Shown: one piece after another, positions 22,766-34,975 of the stretch
Numbering within the stretch: the stretch's first letter is position 1
Layout of the letters: each line of letters begins with the position of its first letter
DNA from: Azolla caroliniana
Taxonomy: Eukaryota; Plantae; Polypodiophyta
DNA: 64,000 bases
Reading direction: 5' to 3'
NCBI GenBank assembly: GCA_043228905.1
Contig: JBHGNT010000022.1
Coordinates: 5,952,001 to 6,016,000 of the forward strand
Translations under genes and position numbers: made by a program
The notes under the pieces: generated by a model
Databases searched by the model: none
What the model saw: only the letters and a program-made list of their open reading frames with translations
Told to the model about the DNA's origin: nothing

Positions 22766-25729
22766 TGTTGGGAAATCGGTCTCTCTGGATGGGATCTGGT
22801 AATGAATGAAGAGGACACGGTGAGAATTGGAAAGGAACGTCGGATCTGGTACTATAGAGGCCCTGATTGGAAAGGAACGTGGGCGATCATGACAAGTGAA
22901 GAAGAACTCAGGATGCTCATTATCGAGGAGAATGAGCTAAAACTTGTCAGTGATGAGCCAACGTGGGTTGTTGATTCCAGAGCGTCGTTCCACCTAACAT
23001 TGGACCGGAGATGCTTCTCATCCTACACAGCCGGTGATCATGGTTGTGTTCAGAAGGGGAATGAAGGTACATGCTGAATTGTTGGCATAGGAGATGTGTT
23101 GTTGACGACATCAACCGGATGCAAGTTGCTGCTGAAGGATGTCCGACACGTTCCGGAGGTTCGACTATACCTTATATCAGTCGATCGGCTAGATGATGAA
23201 GTCTACACGGGTAGCATATGGAACGGATTCATGAAATTCAGTAAAGAGAGCCTAATTGTGGCTCGAGCCCAGAAGGTCAACACACTGTACTTGATGAATG
23301 CCCGGATACGCCAGGAAGAAGTGAACATAGCATCGGACACTGCCGGTGAGCTGTGGCACAAAAGACTGTGTCACATGAGTGAGAAGGGGATGAAGAGGCT
23401 TGGCAAAGACAATCTTATTCTGGTGAAGGACATGCAACTTGTGAAGTTCACTATTTTTCTTGTCAAGACCACCGATGAGACGGAATGCACCATTGGAGCT
23501 GGTGCATACCAATGTGTGCCAAGTGGACATGAAGTCACATGTCGGATCGCAGTACTTCGTGACGTTCATAGACGATCACAGCCGGACGCTCTAGAAAGAG
23601 AACTTGGCCGGAAGTTGAAGGCGGTTCGACTAGATAACGGAGGAGAATACCGGGGGCAGTTCGAGGAGTACTGCCGGTCGAAGGGAATCTGGATTGAATT
23701 TACCGGCAAGCACATGCCAAGTTACCCAAGTTTTTTTGGGCTGAGGTGTTGATGACGGTGACTTACTTGATAAACGGATCACCGTCAGTACCCTTGGACG
23801 GAGACACACCGCAAAGAGTATGGACGGGTAAGGACATGTCTTATCGGCATCTAAAGGTGTTCAGGTGTCTCGCATATGTGCATGTTCCAAAGGACAAGAG
23901 AGCAAAGCTAGATCCGAAGTCTAGGCCATGCATATTTCTTGGATACAGCGATGATGAGTTCGGTTACAGGGTGTGGGATCTGCTCGACAAAAAGGTGTTC
24001 CAATGTCGGGACATAGCCTTCATGGAAGATAGGACCATTGCTGACTAGAAGTTGGAGAAGAAGAAGATGAACTCCGGATTATCCAATGAAAACCCGCTTG
24101 AGGACAAAAGGACTTACCCGGTTGAAAACCGGATGTTAGTTGGTAACCGGATGACACTTGATGAACTGGCCAAATACGGACAAGAAACCGAATTGACTGA
24201 AGAAGAAGAAGAAGAAGAAGAGGACACCGGAACCGGCCAAGATCCCGAATCAGATTTGGATGAGGAACAAACGGAGGAACCGGTAATTAGAAACCAAGGA
24301 CGGAGATACCCTCCCCGGGAGAGAAGAGGCCCCCGAAGAAGCATAGAAAGACACCCACAACCGCAAGTGGTTGAGTGCCATGTGGGACAAGATGGATTCC
24401 CTGCATGAGAACCACACATATGAACTGACGGAGTTGTCGAAAGAAACAGGGCAATCCGGAACAAGTGGGTGTAGAAGCTAAAACCGGGAGATGCCGGAAA
24501 CCCACCGAGACACAAAGCTCGGATCGTGGGGAAGGGGTTCTAGCAGAAAAAAAAAGTGGATTTCAATGAGATTTTTGCCCCATTAGTTAAGATGACTTCC
24601 ATCCGGACGGTGTTGAGCATAGCGGCAAGCATGGACCTCGAGGTTAAGCAACTACATGTAAAGACAATGTTCCTCCATGGTGACCTCGAAGAGAAGATCT
24701 ACATGCATCAACCAGAAGGAATTGAGAAGAAAGGGAAGGAGCACCTGGTGTGCCGGCTGAAGAAGAGCTTACACGGACTAAAGCAAGCTCCCCGGCAATG
24801 GTACCGGAAGTTCGACTCCTTTATGACCGACCAAGGGTACCACAAGATGCAGGCTGATCACTGCGTGTTTGTGAAGAAATTTGACAGAGGAGATTTCCTG
24901 ATACTCCTCCTATATGTGTATGATATGTTGATCATTGGATGAGACCAAGGCAAGATTCAGATGCTAAAGAAGGCTCTGAATCGGTCCGGCATGATAGATA
25001 TTGGGGATGCACATCATCCAGGACCGGTCGAATAAGCTATTGTGGTTGTCATAGGACAAATCCGTGACAAAGGTGCTTGAACGATTCAACATGTTAGTGG
25101 CGAAACCGGTCAGGTGGACAAGTTCGGGAAACTGCACGCTATCCGGGAAACAAAGCTCGAGGACGATATGATGAAGATACCATATGCCTCTACTGTTGGG
25201 AGCTTGATGTAGGTGATGGTATGGGAATGCGGTCAAGTGGATACTCCGGTATCTGAAAGGCACCTCGATAATGTGCCTCCGGTTGGACTCTGGTAATCCC
25301 CAACTTGACGGATTTACGGATTCAGATATGTCACCTAATGCGCATACCAGTCGATCTACATCCGGATATGTCATGACTTATACAGGGGGAGTTGTTTCAG
25401 GGCAATTGAGGCTGCATAAGAATGTTGCGTTGTCAACCACAGAGGCAGAGTACATGGCAGCTGTAGAAGCTGGCAAGGAGATAATCTAGATAAAGGACTT
25501 CTTTAGAGACCTAGGAATCCAACAGAAGGAATACCGGCTCTACTGCGACAGTCAAAGTGCCATTCACCTTGCAAAGAACGAGGCCTACCATTTCCAGATG
25601 AAGCATATCCAGCAAAGGTAGCATTGGATCCGGGAGAGAGTAGAAGATCAGGAGTTCGTGCTGATGAAGATCCACATGGAGGAGATCGGGTCGGACATGT
25701 TGACCAAGGTGTTGACAACCAACAAACTA
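22766..25729 (+). mobile_element. Deleted group-A copia A3 (about 65 bp of 5' LTR fused to PR-IN-RT-RH remnants)
   Basis: Same left junction ctaggacttgacaag|tgttgggaaatc as the solo LTR; internal sequence closely matches A1; truncated at aacaaacta. Confidence 0.88.
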
Positions 25730-27640
25730 TGGGGGATATTTGCTTAGATTCTGGGAGGAGGGATTGATGGGGCCTTAACTCCCATTCCTCACACATACTA
25801 CTATGCCCATTACTCACCTCGTACTCCTATGTACCCCTCTCTTTCTCATGTGGATGTGCTCATAAGTGCACATCACATTTACACTTTAGGAATCTTGTGG
25901 TGCATTTCTTACAATTTACATTTGTTCTTATTAATATTTTACAAATACATCATGTGCGTGTGCAACGTTGCACACCCCAGTTTTTCTCACTCCGCTCGGT
26001 TTTCCCCCTATGGACGAAAATCTTCACGACATCCGCCCCCACCAAACGGCACATCCACCGGTATGTGCCAAGAAGGGGAAAGAGGTGAGGATTTTGGTCA
26101 TGGTGATCAACCGAGTCCTTAGCATCCTTGCCAACTTTGCCCGACTTTGTCTCCACTTTGAGCATGCCCATCCTTTCCACATGGACCACTGTAGTCTCCC
26201 GGTCCACCCACCATATGCTCTCGAACTGTCGGTTCCATCCGATCCACCATAGTCGATGGAGTTCGCCAAACCATTGTCTCCGCAAGATCCACCAAACCCG
26301 GTCTTCGCACACCTCTCTTTGGCTTCCTTCGTTTTCCGCGCACGACCTTGGACCGAATCCTCGTTATTTTAGACTGTTTGCCGGATATCGCACCGTGTGC
26401 TCTTCGTCAGCGTTTGTTCTGCCTCGACTCCTTCCTCGACTTGGCACTGTCACGCACCAAACTTTGTCGTCGATCATCCTCGTGCTCGTTGCTCGGCCCT
26501 TACGCGGCCACATCGCACGTCTCACACCCCGCTCCGCTCCGTGTACCCTCTCGAAAAGGTATGTTGCTTCCTCGACATCCGTGTCGGTGCTCTTGTCTTC
26601 GGCAACCTTCGATGTTTCCGCTTTGCTCCAAGGTACACCCTCTTGGTCCGCCTTGCCCGCTCGGCCGCACACATCCTTTGGGATGCCCCGTTTGCTCTTC
26701 ATGGTGCGTGACCCTCCATTCTCCATGCACCTCCTCCATTTCCCTAGACACAATCCTTCATTCGTATGGATCATGCTTGTCTCGTTTCGTCAATCTTGGC
26801 GTCTTGTCGCACCGTCCTTCATCCCACGCTTGCCTCTCGAATACTTCATCCGCCCGTCATCATCGATCACTCGTTGCGGCTCCTCCGAATGCACGCTTGT
26901 CCCTTGGCTCTCGAGCGATAGTATTGCGTGCGTCATATGCCATCCTTCAGTCGTCGTAGACCCGATCTCTGTGTCAGCCTCCGACTCCTCGCCGCCAACC
27001 ACCATCTCTTTGGTCTTACGTCGATCGTCAACCGCCAAAGTCTTAAGGATAGGTGTGGAGGGTTCCTCTCGCTTTTGGTCTCCCACCGAGTCGTACTCCT
27101 CGTGCATGCTTGGCCTCCCTCTCGTGCTCATTGGCTTCCACCGGGTGTTGTGACCCGTATGCCTCGACGTCCAATCACACCGGCATAGCCCTTGCCCGGT
27201 TCGGCCTCGACTGATCATGTTCCGGTTTGGTCAGCACCCTTCCGTAATCGTAACTGGCCGGTAAGGGTTCGACAAAACAATTCCGACCTTGCCATCTCTT
27301 CTTCCGTTCGGGCCAAGTTGACCGGCCCCCGCTCCAATCTTCTTCCGTGTCGTCTTCCAGTCGTGTCAGATTACCGACCGATTTGTCTTCCAGTCGGGTC
27401 GGTTCCCGACTCTCTCGTCATTGCCGTTCCGGGCCTCCCTTTCGGTCCTTCCGCACGTGCCTTGTTACGGGCATGACCATATAATATCCCGTGGTAAGAA
27501 TTTACCGTAGTAATCTATACACGTGGATAAGTGTGAGGGTTAAATGAGAGTGTAAAGAAGGGGAGGATTACTTTTAATCCTCGGGATTGAGACAACCCAT
27601 TAGGTCAAGTGTGAACTTGCCTGGGGGCCTTGGGTTTCGC

Positions 27641-27648
27641 TATAAATA
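27641..27648 (+). promoter_or_regulatory. TATA box of the chromovirus 5' LTR
   Basis: ctataaataag in the U3 position, repeated in the 3' LTR. Confidence 0.7.
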
Positions 27649-28164
27649 AGAGGCCTAGCTACCCTCATTTGATCATCTTTTTTACTACATCGAGACTCTG
27701 CTCGTGTGGTGGGTCAACTCTTGTAGCGAGCGCGCCAGCACCAGGTACGACTCGACGCCACGGCGGTGGTATGGGACGCCGATCGAGGCTCGAGTCCGTC
27801 TCGATCCCTTCGCTCGGGGGTGGTCGGGTGGATCGGCACCCTTCTTTCTCTTTCTCCTTTCTATCTATCTTTCATTATCCTTATCTTAAGCTTACATTAG
27901 TATCGAGATCTATAATATTTGGTATCAGATTTTTGTACTAATGTTTCTTTGTTTTTCATTTGTCTTTTGATTGATGCTGATCGATCGTTGTGCGGTTGGC
28001 CTTGATCCAGACAACGATCAACAAAGAACTTCGGTAACTCTTTCTAGAATTTTTCTTTCTATTCTCTCTTCTCCCATCTAATCATGTGTTTAGTTTATAT
28101 GTAATTTTTTTCATTAAATCAATGATGTTGTAGTGGTCTTTAATTGATTATCTAAAACGTTTAC

Positions 28165-28440
28165 ATATGTGCACGAGGTCAATACCTCGTTTGACATATT
28201 AATAATATGTGATGAGTGTCGTATGCGTACGAGGTTAATACCTCAATTACGTATTACGTTCACGAACATATGTTACGTTTGCGTATGAGTTTAATACCTT
28301 GATTTGTTGTAAACGATATGCGTTTGGTCTCGTATGCGTAAGAGGTCAATACCTCCATTGCGTATTACGATGATCTCTTATTTGTTGATGTTTCGTGTGC
28401 GTAGAGGTATATACCTCGATTACGTATCTCGATCACATCA
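28165..28440 (+). repeat. Array of five stem-loops (GAGGT-NNAT-ACCTC core) with ~56-nt period
   Basis: Cores start at 28175, 28231, 28287, 28342 and 28404. Confidence 0.85.
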
Positions 28441-29606
28441 TTTGTGGCTATTTACTATAACGATATGTTGAATATAGGCATATGTGGTCACATATATACG
28501 TATTTGATCGTATATATGTGATAAGTAAACATATGTGTATATTCGTTATTACGTGATTATATCGAAAGTTGTCATGATCGGGAAAAGGATGTTGGTGGCC
28601 GTCCTCACATTTTTGTGAGAATGGCGTTGTCACCATCCCTTTTTCAACATTTTTTTATTGTTGATAACCCCATTGACGACCTCGATTTCGTTACGTAAAG
28701 AAACGCGAATAGCCAAAATGATGTTGAGTACGTAGGGCTTGACCCACTTCAAGTGAGGTCGCTCCAATGACGCACGTATCCAACATCCCACCCTCATTAC
28801 ATGGATACGATGCCACCATGAGCTCGTTCTTACGAGAGGCATTCGTAATGACGTGACCATGTGATGGCCCACGTGAGCCTACTACGAAACAAGGGCTCAT
28901 TTGGCTTCACCATTAGGTTGCACTTTGGCGTATGCCATCGTAATTACGAGACTTGAGGTTAGGTAACGTACCAACATAGTTTTGGTAAATGAGGGCGAAA
29001 TAACGACCCTTGACATATATGTTCTTTTAAAAAAACATATATGATCAATTGCCTCGCATATCTCTTATACGCATCAAACATTAAGCATTCGAGAAGAGCA
29101 ACTTACTTGGTTGGCTCAAGTGTTTAATGTATTGGTTCTCGAGGTCTCGAGTTCAAATATGACCAAGACCATACAACATCCTTGATACATATGACTATAA
29201 CACATGTTTAGACTTAAGGTCTAAGTGCACCTCGGGGTCCTCGTAATAGGACTTAAAGAGCCGAAACCACTTATGTGGGCACCGAAACATAGTTTATTGT
29301 TAACATTTTTTTTCGTGTATAAACTATTCATGACGCGAACATACATGGTTGAGCCTCGGGGAGCCACCATGAAACAATCGATATAGAGATCAGGGAAAGA
29401 CATTTATTTGTCACCCCCATGGTTTTTAAAACACCTTTGTGTTACCATAGTAACCTGATCTTGAACCTCATCTCATACGTCTAGAGGGGTATTGACGTGA
29501 GATAATGATATCGATTAATGCTCGCCCATGATATGTTTACATCACGACATGATGTTATGAATATATCTCTGACCTTATCCTATTTCTTTTCCAGAAATAA
29601 TCTTTA

Positions 29607-32600
29607 ATGGCTCAAATTAACGACCCGATGTCATCCGCTCAAGCGGAAGGAACTCAAGGGAATCCTCCTGGACAAATGTCCACTGAGATGTATTTGGCAC
29701 AAATAACCCAATACCTTAGTTTCACCGCTCAACAGATGACCGAACTTCGGCAATCTCAGAGTGCTCTTGAGGCACGTGTCATTAGTCTACAACGTGAGAC
29801 TAATAGACCTGATGAGCGACAAGGTGAACCATCATTTGTCGTTAACCCATTTACGGGAGACAAAAAGGAAAGAACCGAAGAAGCAATCTGCACATGGCTG
29901 GGACGATGGGAGTCTCATTTTGAGCTCTATCCCACGCCAGATAGTACGAAGATTGCATATGTCGGTCGAGAACTCGGGGGTAAGGCCGCCGCCTGGTGGC
30001 GTGGCCTCCGTACTATGGGGAAATTGCCCGATACCTGGACAGATTTTGTCACAGTTTTTAAGGGCCAATTTCTGCAACCTCCCTCTCGAACCGAGGCAGC
30101 ACAAGCTTTAATGAACCTCTCTAGCAGGAAATTTTCCTCGCTAGAAGACTATGTTCACCATGCTAGAACCCAAATCCAAAAATCGGGTCTAGAAGGGGAC
30201 AATTGGTTGATAGCTTGTTTTGTCAATGGCATCCCCAATTCGGACTATCACTGGATAGTGCACGATAAGGATCCAAAATCCTTCGAAGAGGCCGTTGAAA
30301 TAGTTCTTCGCTATCAACGCACTTCGAAGAAGGACCATAACAAACCCAACGAAGCGCCCGGGACTAAGCAGTCGCAATTTGTTGGGAAACGCAAGACACC
30401 CAACGAATTCCTGGATCGCGATTGTAAGCGACAACATCCTTTTTGTGTATTCTGCAAAAAGAAGGGTCATACAAAAGATCAATGTCGAAAGCTCCAACGG
30501 AAAGAGCACGACAACAAAGCTAAAGCTGCAGACCATAAAGGTCAGATTCCTAATGTCCTTCAGGTCTATACACATCATTTAAGTAATTGTCAATGTTCTT
30601 TCCCTCACTATGTATTGGGTCCCAATGATTTACTACGTGCAAACGGGTATATCAATGGATCTCCCGTACAATTTTTATTTGATTCGGGAAGCTCACACAA
30701 TTTTGTGAATGATCGTTTGGTTCAGATATGGGGAATCCAACCCACCGTAAGTGATCACACCTACACGGTGCACTTGGCTGATGGAAGAGTACAATACATC
30801 AACGGGGCGATTCATTCATTAGGAATTTCTATTGATACTTATATAGAGGAAGTAGACTACCATGTAATGAATCTTTGTACCACCGATGTAATACTGGGTT
30901 ATCCCTGGTTTTATAATAAAAACTCTTCTTTATTTATTGATTGGGTTCGTCATTCCATTTCTTTTGTACTGAACGATTGTACGCATTTTATTCAATGTGT
31001 AAAAAAACAATCCCTCTCGATTGTTTCCTCGTGTCCATCAATATCCGAGTTGTCTTGTTCTACGTTATTTTATTGTGTACTTGATCCGGACATTCACGTT
31101 TACAATATCGATAATGTCCCGATTCAATTAACATATTTTGAACAACAACAACTTGATGAAATCTTAAATGATTTTCATGATGTTTTTCCAAGTGAACTAC
31201 CTGATGGGTTACCTCCTAAACGTAATATAGACCATCGTATAGATATTGTACCTGGGGTTGCACCAATAAGTATACCTCCGTATCGCTTAAGTCGATCCGA
31301 AGAAGATGAGGTATCTAAGCAACTCAAGGACTATTTACGAATGGGTTATATACGTTATAGTAAATCTCCATGGGGTGCACCAGTTCTCTTGGTTAAAAAG
31401 AAAGAGGGCACATGGCGTATGTGTATTAATTACCGACGCTTGAATAAAGTGACGATCAAGAATTCGTATCCATTGCCCCGGGCTGACGATCTAATTGACC
31501 GTCTCCAGGGAGCTCGGTATTTTACGAAACTTGATCTCCGTACTGGCTACCATCAAATAAGAATAAGTGAGGACGATGTTCCTAAAACGGCATTTCGTAC
31601 GCGCTATGGCCATTATGAGTTTTTGGTTATGCCTTTTGGTTTGACCAATGCTCCGGCTACTTTTCAACAAGAAATGAATGACATTTTCCGAGAACAACTT
31701 GGAAAATTTGTCGTTATTTTCTTGGATGATATTTTAGTTTATAGCCGTACATTACAAGAACATGCTAGACATGTCCGCTTTGTTTTACAAACATTGCGTG
31801 ACAAACAGTTTTATGCGAAGATCTCAAAATGTGAGTTCTTCAAGAAATCAATTACTTATCTAGGACATCTCATAACCGAACGAGGAGTTGAAATTGATCC
31901 TTCTCGCATTGAGAAAATCAAGCTTTGGCCCACTCTTCGGAATATTCGAGAAGTTCGATCATTCCTTGGTTTTGTGGGGTTTTTGCGAAAGTCTCTTCGT
32001 AATTACTCCCAATTGACGACGCCGTTTACTGATCTTTTAAAAGGTCAAACGCGTAAGTCTATAAAACCTATTGTGTGGAATGCTACACTAGACCTTGCAT
32101 TTAAGGAACTCAAGGACCTAGTTTGCAAGGCTCCTTCACTTCTTTTACCTGATCCTTCAAAACCTTTTGAGGTTGAAACCGATGCAAGCGATTATGCTAT
32201 AGGTGCTGTCTTGTATCAAGATGGTAAACCAATAGCATTCGAGAGTAAGAAACTTGATTCTGCTCAATGTCGGTATACAGTTCAAGAAAAGGAATTATTT
32301 GCAGTTATACATGCGCTCAAAACATGGCGCCATTATCTTTATGGAAATCACTTTGTGGTAACTACGGACCACGAGTCCTTGAAATATTTTTGTGACCAAC
32401 AAGACTTGAAAGGTCGTAAGGCACGATGGGCTGATCTCATCCAGGACTTTGATTTTTCCATACGATATCGTAAAGGTTCCATGAACACTGTCGCTGATGC
32501 ACTAAGTCGCATCCGTGAAGTTAACACGCTTAGCTTCACTGAAATATCATCAGATCTTTATGATCACCTTCGAGGAAAGTATCCTGATGACAGTTATTTC

Positions 32601-34040
32601 GCAAAATACTGGGCAAGAGTTGAGTCTGGAACAGACACCACCACATCCTCGAAGGAATACTTCCACATTGCTAACGGTTTGCTCTACCGTAATGGGAAGG
32701 TTTGTGTTCCAGATTTACCCGAGGTCAAAAAGAGGATTCTTTTTGAATGCCATGATGTACCCTCAGCAGGGCACCCTGGAATACATCGTACACTCGTTCT
32801 CATCTCCACTCAATTTTATTGGCCTAAGATGCGTCCTGACATACATAGCTATGTGACTAAATGTCACCAGTGTCAGGTTAACAAAGCCGAGCGACTTAAA
32901 GTCGCAGGACTTTTACATCCCCTGGACATTCCCAATAATAAGTGGGAAAGTATATCCATGGATTTTATTGTTAGCCTTCCTCGCACCCAAAAAGGTCATG
33001 ATGCCATCTGGGTTGTCGTTGATCGACTAACTAAAATGGCCAGATTTATTGCTACTAAAACCACGGTAACAGCTCCTGAATTGGCTTACCAATTCGTTGA
33101 CGAATTGTTTCGTTTTTATGGGTTACCGATGGATATCGTGAGTGATCGAGATCCAAAGTTTACTAGTGACTTCTGGACACAAGTCTTTAAGAAGTTAGAA
33201 ACTACGTTGAGCATGAGCTCCACGGATCATCCTCAATCCGATGGACAGACAGAACGAGTAAATCAAATTATTGAGGACATGCTTCGAGCATACGTTGGTG
33301 CAAAACCAACAAAATGGGAACGTTATCTCCCAATTTTGGAGTTTGCTTAAAACAGCTCCAAGCATACGTCGACGGGATATAGTCCTTTTATGTTGATGTA
33401 TGGTTTTCAGCCACGAGCCCCGATTGATGTTAATATACATCATGATGAGTTGCGAAGTACGCAAAACTTTCTTCGGGATATGCAAGATATGTTGCATATT
33501 GCACGAGATAATATAAAAACAGCTCAAGATAGAGCGCGTTTTTATGCCGATCATCATAGGCAACCTCGTGTATTCAACCCTGGACAGAAGGTATTTTTAC
33601 GTGTACCTCACAATTCTAAGACATTGTCTACGGGTAAGTGCGCTAAGTTAGCCCCACGGTTTTGTGGACCTTTTACAGTCCTCAAACGCATTGGGTCATC
33701 AGCCTATCGTCTTGCTCTTCCTGATGGTGTCGGAATTCATCCAGTCTTTCATGTGAGTCGTCTAAAAGAACTTCTAGGTTCTGGCGACAATACAGTTACG
33801 ACTGAAACTCTGGTTACTTCTGAAGAATTATCTTCTAAACCACATGTACCAGAAAGAATTCTCGATGTTAAAACAAAAAAATTACGTACTAAAGAAATCC
33901 GAGAATTCAAAATAAAATGGATGGATAAATCAATAAAAGATGCCACATGGGAACGTGAAAATACTCTTAGAACTAACTTCCCTAACTTTCCATTGCAAGA
34001 GTGCAATGTTTTAAAGAGGGGGAGTATGTTACGGGCATGA
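29607..34040 (+). CDS. Chromovirus gag-PR-RT-RH-IN-chromodomain polyprotein with one in-frame TAA at 33348-33350
   Basis: [14 protein letters not shown] knuckle, [10 protein letters not shown] protease, FLDDIL RT, ETDASD RNase H, HHCC/DDE integrase, GPF motif, chromodomain VPERILD...FKIKW...DATWE. The two ORF-track pieces are in the same frame (EFA*NS, probably from EFAYNS). Confidence 0.95.
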
Positions 34041-34629
34041 CCATATAATATCCCGTGGTAAGAATTTACCGTAGTAATCTATACACGTGGATAAGTGTGA
34101 GGGTTAAATGAGAGTGTAAAGAAGGGGAGGATTACTTTTAATCCTCGGGATTGAGACAACCCATTAGGTCAAGTGTGAACTTGCCTGGGGGCCTTGGGTT
34201 TCGCTATAAATAAGAGGCCTAGCTACCCTCATTTGATCATCTTTTTTACTACATCGAGACTCTGCTCGTGTGGTGGGTCAACTCTTGTAGCGAGCGCGCC
34301 AGCACCAGGTACGACTCGACGCCACGGCGGTGGTATGGGACGCCGATCGAGGCTCGAGTCCGTCTCGATCCCTTCGCTCGGGGGTGGTCGGGTGGATCGG
34401 CACCCTTCTTTCTCTTTCTCCTTTCTATCTATCTTTCATTATCCTTATCTTAAGCTTACATTAGTATCGAGATCTATAATATGCCTGCTCCGGGCCTCGC
34501 ATCCTCATGGCCACCGCCCATCTCTCTGGTCTTATGTTGGTACGCAACCGCCTAAGTCTCCGGCCCCGGTGTTGAGGGATCTCTCCTCCATCTGCTATGA
34601 CCTTCCTCGTTGTCGTTTCGATCATCTAC

Positions 34630-34975
34630 CTTGCTGCCACCACCGTCCGTCACTCTAGGTTTCATGTCGGCACTCGATCCGGCCGCCGGAGTCTCTAGAA
34701 TCGGTGTGGGTAAGGTTCCGGCACCGCCGCTCGTCATGTCCGTAGCCACCCCCGTCCGGACGTCGTTGTCCGTGGCTACCCCGTCCCCGATTACGCAAGC
34801 TTTGATTATGCTTGCCTCCTCCTCTTCCTCGTTTCGGTTGCCTGCCTACCACTGCCACCGTTCGTCACTCTAGGTCTCACACCGGCTCTTGGGCCGGCCG
34901 CCGGAGTCTCTAGAACCGGTGTGGGTAAGGTCCCGACACCAGCTCTCGCCGATGTCATGTTTGTAGCCACCTTCA
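34630..34975. repeat. Diverged direct repeat (~110 bp, 215-bp spacing) inside element C
   Basis: cactctagg...ccggccgccggagtctctagaa.cggtgtgggtaaggt at 34651 and 34866. Confidence 0.8.

Larger units (their letters stand above)
27463..34481 (+). mobile_element. Full-length Ty3/gypsy chromovirus, very recent insertion
   Basis: 455-bp LTRs 27463-27917 and 34027-34481 with no difference seen; TG...TA ends; perfect TSD tgcct; PBS tggtatcaga at 27920; PPT aaagaggggggag before 34027. Confidence 0.97.

Noticed and set aside
26128-27153. 341-aa plus-strand ORF
   Set aside because: Non-ATG start, S/P/L/R-rich shadow of the purine-rich minus strand of element C, and no recognisable domain.
28165-28440. 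CRISPR array interpretation of the repeat-spacer pattern
   Set aside because: Eukaryotic retroelement context, no cas genes, degenerate repeats, and the 'spacers' largely form the lower stems of the hairpins.
27918-29606. Hammerhead ribozyme (retrozyme-like) in the chromovirus leader
   Set aside because: No CTGANGA plus GAAA core in the right topology; gtgatgag at ~28209 lacks the conserved C and partner stems.
33348-33350. Programmed stop-codon readthrough
   Set aside because: The stop replaces the conserved Tyr of the integrase EFAYN motif and is not at a domain boundary; a point mutation is simpler.
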